Shown piece after piece: positions 15,635 through 21,759 of a stretch of DNA of 21,759 nt. The notes under the pieces are model-generated. The model saw only the letters and a program-made list of their open reading frames with translations. It searched no databases and had not been told where the DNA came from. The stretch's first letter is position 1, and each line of letters begins with the position of its first letter. The stretch is taken from positions 1 through 21,759 of the forward strand of contig JAPWTZ010000008.1 in the NCBI GenBank assembly GCA_028275775.1. Reading direction: 5' to 3'. The DNA comes from Candidatus Nanopusillus sp. (GTDB taxonomy: Archaea > Nanobdellota > Nanobdellia > Nanobdellales > Nanobdellaceae). Made by a program: the position numbers and the translations under genes.

Positions 15635-17065
15635 CTATCTACTCATCTTTTCTAATTTTTTCTTAACATTAATAAGAATCCACTTATAATATGTACTTTC
15701 ATGTGAAAAATAATCACACCATGCTCCAATTTTTCCAATATTATCTTTAATACGGAATAATCTATATGCAAGAATCGTCGATAAATAACTTGATTTATCA
15801 AATTTATTTATTTCTTCAATAGCATCCAATATTTTTATAATTAATCTTCTTTTCTTTCCATATTTTTTAACTATATGGTCCAAAAGTTTTATCAGATAAT
15901 CTAAAGTTAAACTATATTTACTTATTATGCCTTTATATATTTCTTCCAATATTTTAGAATCTGTTATAAGTTCATAAGGATCTCTTTTATTTAATTCATT
16001 TTCTAAATATTCTAAATCTTTTTCAGAATTTATTAATCTATATAATCTAAAAGAAACAAATTGAGGATAATATTTTAGTATATTTGGATATTTTGAAAAA
16101 AGATCTTTTCTCATTAAATTTATAACATTATATAATCTATCATAATCTATAAAATTATACTTTTTGTTATTTGTATGAATTATTATATATCTAACAATTC
16201 TTCCTCCTTTATTTATTAGCTGATTAAATATTTCTAATTTTATTTCTTGATTTATTTTTTCATTAAGATATATATTTTCAAAGTACTTTGTTAGAATAAA
16301 TAAGAAATCTTTTGCCTTTATTTTTTCGAAATTTATATTATCTATAAGATCTATAATCGACGGATCTTTAATAATTTGATTTAAAAATAATTTTAAATCT
16401 TCTTCATTTTGTACTTTATAATATAAACCATTGGAAGAAAATATATTTAATAATTTTGAGAATTTTTCCTTTGGAATCTTATCTTTTAACTTTATTATAA
16501 GATACGGTCTTCCACTAAAACTTCCAATAACTTTTATTATAAAGTCTTTTGCTATCTTAATATCTATGTCTTTATCAACGATTAGATTTAAACTCTCAGA
16601 TAAAGCTGTATACATAGTAATTTTTAGTTTATATTTTTCATTTATTAGATATTCCAATATTTCTAATAAAACATTTATTCTTTCATTATCCAAATTTTCT
16701 ATGTTTTTTCCAATAGCTTCTATTATAAATGTTGTAGATATTTGAAATACATCTTCATATTTTATTAACATACCTATCAAATCTTCCAAAACTTTTTCAT
16801 CAAATCTTTCTTTAATTAAATAAATATAAGTTAGGAATTCTTTTGGAATATGTAAAATGGTTTTTTCCTTAACTAACCATTGAAGATATTCAATCAACTT
16901 ATCATTATTAATTATTTCTTCAACAGCTTTTTCACCTTTTAATTTTATTAAGTAAGATATATTTTCTTGAACAATTTCTTTCATTTTTTCTATATCTAAA
17001 TTGTCATAAATTTCTAGATATTCAGTTTTTGTTATTTTACTTAAAAATTCTTCACAATATTCCAT
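15635..17065 (-). CDS. hypothetical large all-alpha protein (476 aa)
   Basis: Long ORF with an ATG start and helical-repeat-like composition. No catalytic motif is recognised. It is convergent with 14386-15372 and divergent from 17523-18374. Confidence 0.6.
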   Translation of the reverse strand: MEYCEEFLSKITKTEYLEIYDNLDIEKMKEIVQENISYLIKLKGEKAVEEIINNDKLIEYLQWLVKEKTILHIPKEFLTYIYLIKERFDEKVLEDLIGMLIKYEDVFQISTTFIIEAIGKNIENLDNERINVLLEILEYLINEKYKLKITMYTALSESLNLIVDKDIDIKIAKDFIIKVIGSFSGRPYLIIKLKDKIPKEKFSKLLNIFSSNGLYYKVQNEEDLKLFLNQIIKDPSIIDLIDNINFEKIKAKDFLFILTKYFENIYLNEKINQEIKLEIFNQLINKGGRIVRYIIIHTNNKKYNFIDYDRLYNVINLMRKDLFSKYPNILKYYPQFVSFRLYRLINSEKDLEYLENELNKRDPYELITDSKILEEIYKGIISKYSLTLDYLIKLLDHIVKKYGKKRRLIIKILDAIEEINKFDKSSYLSTILAYRLFRIKDNIGKIGAWCDYFSHESTYYKWILINVKKKLEKMSR

Positions 17066-17221
17066 AAATATAATATTTAATCTTTAAATTTTAGCCTTTT
17101 TATTATGTATTCATCAAGAATTTTAAGATAGAGGATTTACAACCCGACCAATAAATAATATTTCATTTGCCCTTAAGTTTATATTATAAATATAAATGAC
17201 CTATTGTTATTCTATTATTGA

Positions 17222-17413
17222 ATAACAGGATTATATCGTGAAGCTATAATAATTGTAAACCAAGATGAATACTTAATTAAAGCATTTAAAATCGCTAACA
17301 GGAATAAAATAACTATTTATGACTCCTTATTCATTGCATTAGCTAAATTAGAGAACCTTGAGTTAGTAACATCTGATATAAAACAATACGAAATTGCAAA
17401 AATGAAGGAGTAA
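17222..17413 (+). pseudogene. 5'-truncated PIN-domain (VapC-like) toxin relic
   Basis: The frame reads ITGLYREAIIIVNQDEYLIKAFKIANRNKITIYDSLFIALAKLENLELVTSDIKQYEIAKMKE-stop. ..ITIYDSLFIALA....L.LVTSD is the typical C-terminal half of PIN/VapC, carrying the third and fourth acidic positions. The frame is closed by TGA at 17219-17221. There is no start codon, and the N-terminal ~70 aa with the first Asp are missing. Confidence 0.6.
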
Positions 17414-17522
17414 ATGCTCAGTTGATATAAGGAACATCAGATACAACTAAAATTTTACTACATTAATTAAAATTATAATTTTATTACATTCATGAAATTT
17501 AGACATAAAATAATGAAAATTT

Positions 17523-18374
17523 ATGAAAATTTATTATTATTATCATTTAATAATGCCAGAAGATAAATACGATTTAGATCTTTTTATAAAAAATAGTTTT
17601 GATGAAACTATAGACTATCTTAAAAAGAATAATATACAAATTGGAAGACTATCATTGAGAACTTTTGAATCTTTGGAAGAATTTCAACAAATATATAAAA
17701 CAAATGAGAAATTTAAGTTCGCAAGATATGTTTCAGAAAAAAGAGAAATACAAATTATAAAAAATGGACTAAAAGAAGTTATAAATAGCAATATTAACAA
17801 TCCAAATAAAATTTTTATTGGTAATCTATTTACTATAAAACATAATGGAATACTATGGCCAGTATATAAAAATGATGATGATATAGAAAATATTATAGCA
17901 AAAACTATTACAGATTCGATAGTAACTCATGAAATTGGGCATCATATAGTTGGTTACGATGACTGGAGAGCTTCTGCATTTGAATATCTAGTATATTTCT
18001 ATAAAAATGAATTATACAAATATCCTGAAGTTTATGAAATTATGAAAAAGAATATAGAAATATGCAATGAATATATAAAGAAAAAAGATCCGTCATCACC
18101 TTATTCTCTAGGATCACCTCTAGCACCTTATGCCTTAGGATCATGTTTTGCAAATGATCTTATATATATTTATGAGAATATTTCAAATAAGGATAAAGAA
18201 TCACCGAAAATAAATATAAAAGATACAATAGAAAAGCTTAAATGCGTCTCCGAAGAATGGGGTATAGATATAACTAAGATACTTAATACATTGCTTAAAA
18301 CTAATGAAAGTTATACTGATATAAACAAAATAATTTATACATTAATTAAAACCCTGATGTTATTATATCAATAA
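17523..18374 (+). CDS. hypothetical cytoplasmic HExxH...E (gluzincin-like) protein (283 aa)
   Basis: HEIGHH lies at aa 136-141 (nt 17928-17945), with Glu154 18 residues after the first His (RASAFEY). There is no signal peptide or TM helix. The true start could also be Met11 (MPEDKY, nt 17553). Confidence 0.6.
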   Translation: MKIYYYYHLIMPEDKYDLDLFIKNSFDETIDYLKKNNIQIGRLSLRTFESLEEFQQIYKTNEKFKFARYVSEKREIQIIKNGLKEVINSNINNPNKIFIGNLFTIKHNGILWPVYKNDDDIENIIAKTITDSIVTHEIGHHIVGYDDWRASAFEYLVYFYKNELYKYPEVYEIMKKNIEICNEYIKKKDPSSPYSLGSPLAPYALGSCFANDLIYIYENISNKDKESPKINIKDTIEKLKCVSEEWGIDITKILNTLLKTNESYTDINKIIYTLIKTLMLLYQ

Positions 18375-18448
18375 TATTTAGACAAAATAAAATCATGAAA
18401 TAAATTTTCTAGTGTATTAAATGTATTCTATTAAAACTATAGTAAAAA

Positions 18449-20086
18449 TCATCTAACAAGCACACGAGACCAGGGAGAAGGTAATCCTTGCTTTTTACTA
18501 TATGCTGCATTTAACAGTGCAACAAATAATGGATGCGGATGTAATGGCCTACTTCTAAACTCTGGATGAAATTGAGTAGCTACAAAGAAATAATGGTTTG
18601 GTAGTTCTATCATTTCTACTCTTGGAACATCAGATCTCCAAGCTGAGAAAACAAGACCCTTTTCAGTTAGTATATTAAAGAACTTAGGATTTACTTCATA
18701 CCTATGCCTATGCCTCTCTACTATTTCGGTTGTTCCATAGATTGCATGAGCTATTGTACCTTCAACAATATTAATCTTCCTATTACCAAGTATCATTGTA
18801 CCACCAAGCTCCTTAATATCTTTTTCTTCTGGTGTTATATCAACAACTGGATATGGTGTGTTTGGATCAACTTCTGTTGTATGAGCACCTTTGAGATTAG
18901 CGACATTTCTTGCAAACTCTACTATAGCTAATTGCATTCCATAGCATATTCCAAGAAATGGTATATTATTCTCACGAACATATCTAATAGCCTCTATTTT
19001 ACCTTCAACCCCTCTAGCTCCAAAACCTGGTAATACAATAACAGCATCAGCATTATCAAGTTCTTTAATCTTTGAGTGATCTTTTTCAATTTCCTCAGTA
19101 TCGCACCAAATAATATTTGGCTTAATCTTTAACTTAGCAGCAGCATGTTTTATAGCCTCAACAATACTTATGTAAGAATCATGAAGTTTCACATACTTAC
19201 CACACATGTATATATTAACTTCATCTTTACTATCCTCAAGAGAGTTTACAAAATTTATCCAATCATCTAGTTTAGGTTCTTTAGGTTCTAATCCTAATTT
19301 TGTTACTATATATTTTCCAAGACCTTGTTCTTCTAAAATGAGTGGCACTTTATAAATTGTATCTACATCAGGTGATGTAAATACAGCATTAACTGGTACA
19401 TTTGTAAATAAAGATATTTTCCTTTTAGTTGATTCATCAAGCAACTTTGGCGCCCTTGCAATTATTATATCTGGTTGAATACCAACTCTTCTAAGCTCAG
19501 CAACACTATGCTGCAATGGTTTTGTTTTAAGTTCACCTGTAGTTGATAGCAAAGGAACTAAAGCAACATGAACAAATAATACATCATTGGGCATCTCAAG
19601 CTTCATTTGTCTTGCAGCTTCAAGGAATGGTAATCCTTCATAATCTCCAACAGTACCTCCAATCTCAATTAAAATTATATCTGGTTTTTCACGTTTCGTT
19701 ACTAACATTATTCTTCTCTTTATTTCTTCAGTAACATGAGGTATTAATTGAACTGTCTGACCTAAGTACTCTCCTTTACGCTCCCTTCGAATTACTTTAT
19801 AATAAACTTGACCACTAGTTATATTATGATATTTAGGAATTTCAACATCAAGAAATCTTTCATAATGCCCTAAATCTAGATCTGTTTCACCACCATCAAA
19901 AGTTACAAACACTTCACCATGCTGGAATGGATTCATTGTACCAGCATCCACATTTAGATATGGATCTATTTTAATTGCTGTTACATTATAACCTCGAGCT
20001 TGAAGTATTTTTCCAATAGAAGATGTTGTTATACCCTTTCCCAATCCAGACAACACACCTCCCGTAATAAATATATACTTAGTCAT
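18449..20086 (-). CDS. pyrG: CTP synthase (glutamine-hydrolysing)
   Basis: 545 aa. The N-terminus is [16 protein letters not shown]...[38 protein letters not shown]. The class I glutaminase domain has GICYGMQ (nucleophile Cys), HRHRYEVN and HPEF. Confidence 0.93.
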   Translation of the reverse strand: MTKYIFITGGVLSGLGKGITTSSIGKILQARGYNVTAIKIDPYLNVDAGTMNPFQHGEVFVTFDGGETDLDLGHYERFLDVEIPKYHNITSGQVYYKVIRRERKGEYLGQTVQLIPHVTEEIKRRIMLVTKREKPDIILIEIGGTVGDYEGLPFLEAARQMKLEMPNDVLFVHVALVPLLSTTGELKTKPLQHSVAELRRVGIQPDIIIARAPKLLDESTKRKISLFTNVPVNAVFTSPDVDTIYKVPLILEEQGLGKYIVTKLGLEPKEPKLDDWINFVNSLEDSKDEVNIYMCGKYVKLHDSYISIVEAIKHAAAKLKIKPNIIWCDTEEIEKDHSKIKELDNADAVIVLPGFGARGVEGKIEAIRYVRENNIPFLGICYGMQLAIVEFARNVANLKGAHTTEVDPNTPYPVVDITPEEKDIKELGGTMILGNRKINIVEGTIAHAIYGTTEIVERHRHRYEVNPKFFNILTEKGLVFSAWRSDVPRVEMIELPNHYFFVATQFHPEFRSRPLHPHPLFVALLNAAYSKKQGLPSPWSRVLVR

Positions 20087-20663
20087 TATAATTATTTAAT
20101 TAACTTTTTAATAAGTTTTGACTACTGGACTTTTAACATTTTTTTAACATACTTTCATGCTTAAATTAATCTTAAATCAAACATAAAATTTAACATTATA
20201 TACGTTCATAACATATTATTCCATCTAATAAGCTTCTAATTATTGATAGAAGAATAACGAGCCGTCCTCCAAAAGATATTGATGCTCATAATTTAAAGAA
20301 ATTATAGACACTAAGTTTATTTTAGATAATAGAAATAAAAAAGGAATTGGAGAAACTTAATATTTATATGATTTATAATCTGCTTGAATATTCAAAAAAA
20401 TAGAATTTTTTAACTAAAATTTATATCTTTTTATAAATATTTTTAAATTAAAAAACATTATTTTAATGCTAGGCCTTTTTGTCTAATATTATTTTAATGT
20501 TATGGATATGCCGTTCCATATCTTAAAAATTCCTCCAATCTTTCTTCAGGATGATCACTAATTCTTTCAAGATCTTTGCTATTAGATAAATCAAAGCTAT
20601 CTATCCTAGCATCAAGTACGTTATAAGCTTCTAGTTGTTTATTACTCCAATCATAAGATATGA

Positions 20664-21578
20664 TTATATTTGGATTGGTACTATGGTTCCTCCAATTTCT
20701 TTTAATGTAATAAATGTATAAATGGTTGGAGAATATCTTAATAATTCTTTAGGATCTGCATTCTTCCATAATTTATAATAGAAATCTTTTAATGATGCAT
20801 CTGAATTTCTTAATATCTCATCTAAATTATATTGGTTATATAATAACCAACTTCTAGGTACTCCTACAATTCGAGGACGTGATATATCCACAGCAGCTCT
20901 CCACACTCTGTCATCAATTTTGCTCCTATACTTAGCTGTTATATCATCATCTATCCTTCTAACTTGCTCAAGATAATTATTAATATCATTTGTATCTATA
21001 TTTGCCATCATACTATCTCTTATATTTTTTATAGCATCAATGTTCATCTTCTCAGTGAAATCTGCGGAGAATCTAGCAAACACCCCAGCATATGGAGCTA
21101 TACTCATTTTATTTAGAAGTACCATTTTATAACCTTGTTGATAGTAAGAAGATAATGCTGGTTGTATAAATATTCCATTCTTTTCCAAAATATTTAGAAG
21201 TTTTCCTAAATTTGGCATAGAATCAAGAGATATATAAATAGTTACTTCTTTGGGTTTTAAGAAAGGATCGTCATCACCATATTGATAAACCTTAATTCCG
21301 TCTATCTCCCCATTTTTTAACATTTGTATAAAATCATAGCTCCTTAAAACATTATACATTTCTACTGAAAGTGGAGAATGTATTTTTATTCCAGGCCATG
21401 GAGGTGTATCCTTCTTTCGATGATCGGCATCTTCTGACAAACGTTTGTTTGCCAAAACTAAAAAAATACCGTCTCCTCCCAAATAATCAAGATCATATTT
21501 ACTAGCAAGATTCAAATAGTATTCTCCTAATTGACGAGCTCCTTTTATTTCTTTTCCAAATATATCTTCTAGTCCCAT
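20664..21578 (-). CDS. hypothetical protein (304 aa); the C-terminus may be frameshifted
   Basis: ATG start with a TATA-like atatttaaaaata about 20-32 nt upstream. Amino-acid composition is ordinary and it uses CGN Arg codons. No family is recognised. Confidence 0.65.
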   Translation of the reverse strand: MGLEDIFGKEIKGARQLGEYYLNLASKYDLDYLGGDGIFLVLANKRLSEDADHRKKDTPPWPGIKIHSPLSVEMYNVLRSYDFIQMLKNGEIDGIKVYQYGDDDPFLKPKEVTIYISLDSMPNLGKLLNILEKNGIFIQPALSSYYQQGYKMVLLNKMSIAPYAGVFARFSADFTEKMNIDAIKNIRDSMMANIDTNDINNYLEQVRRIDDDITAKYRSKIDDRVWRAAVDISRPRIVGVPRSWLLYNQYNLDEILRNSDASLKDFYYKLWKNADPKELLRYSPTIYTFITLKEIGGTIVPIQI

Positions 21579-21733
21579 ATAGTATATATCTTTCGAAATA
21601 TTTTTAAATATTACGTTAATAGTACCTACGTACTAAGAGTATAAATAAATTTTATAAAGATTATATACCACTAACTAAAGCAATTAAAAGAAAAGATCTA
21701 AATTTAAGTATTTAAATATATAATAACTCACGT

Positions 21734-21757
21734 GTCGGATAACCAAGATTATCCGAC
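21734..21757. repeat. perfect 9-bp stem hairpin GTCGGATAA-ccaaga-TTATCCGAC at the right window edge
   Basis: Read directly from the sequence. It is locally GC-richer than the surrounding spacer. Confidence 0.5.
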
Positions 21758-21759
21758 AT

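Noticed and set aside
16175-16192. R-x4-H (RYIIIH) in the 476-aa protein as a possible HEPN RNase motif
   Set aside because: The motif sits in a run of beta-branched hydrophobics (IVRYIIIHT) that looks like a strand. The polar helix context (R-[NHQD]-x3-H) of real HEPN sites is absent. A single Rx4H match is expected by chance in 476 aa.
16431-16745. 104-aa plus-strand ORF inside the 476-aa gene
   Set aside because: It is antisense to a 4.5-fold longer ORF and is Phe/Ile/Ser-rich low complexity.
18704-19734. Plus-strand ORFs 18704-18931 and 19543-19734 inside pyrG
   Set aside because: They are antisense to an unambiguous CTP synthase gene.
20087-20499. ~410-bp ORF-free spacer upstream of pyrG as a hiding place for an ncRNA
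   Set aside because: I found no convincing stem-loops, C/D or H/ACA boxes or GC-rich patches, only a short GAGCCGTCCTCC patch. It is most simply a promoter region plus decayed sequence. It is worth an Infernal scan, but nothing can be supported by eye.
1-21759. CRISPR arrays, IS elements, rRNA genes, integrases, virion genes
   Set aside because: Reading both strands showed no regularly spaced direct repeats. No DDE or serine/tyrosine recombinase-like ORFs and no terminal inverted repeats flanking an ORF are visible. No long GC-rich structured RNA is present other than the tRNA.
21712-21759. Minus-strand ATG at the very right edge (ATGTCGGATAATCTTGGTTATCCGACACGTGAG...)
   Set aside because: It opens only a 15-codon frame ending in TAA and coincides with the hairpin. 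It is not a credible gene.

Overview
This is an AT-rich, compact archaeal chromosome segment. It carries an archaeal-type LeuRS, ribosomal protein S3Ae/eS1 and a crenarchaeal/thermoplasmatal-type PGI/PMI. The single tRNA has almost pure G-C stems against a low-20s % GC background, which suggests a thermophile with a streamlined genome. I cannot name the lineage from sequence alone.

Layout:
- 1-8.6 kb: tightly packed core genes. These are leuS, rps3ae, a PUA-SAM rRNA methyltransferase, a membrane-anchored Lon-C-like protein, a 277-aa unknown, tRNA-Ser(GCU), a small sequon-rich membrane protein, a ThiS/MoaD-like beta-grasp protein ending in GG, and PGI/PMI.
- 8.65-12.0 kb: a GC-richer block with an isochorismatase-family protein, a GNAT acetyltransferase and an ABC-2 exporter pair.
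- 12.2-18.4 kb: the most AT-rich part, and the main candidate for something new. It holds five lineage-specific ORFs with unusually long spacers. Two are cytoplasmic HExxH (zincin-like) proteins and one is a 476-aa all-helical protein. A 5'-truncated PIN/VapC toxin relic also lies here.
- 18.45-21.76 kb: pyrG plus a 304-aa unknown. This is the GC-richest block and has a different Arg codon choice.

I saw no rRNA, CRISPR array, transposase, integrase or obvious virion gene. All functional calls rest on motifs read by eye and on remembered family consensus, not on database searches.
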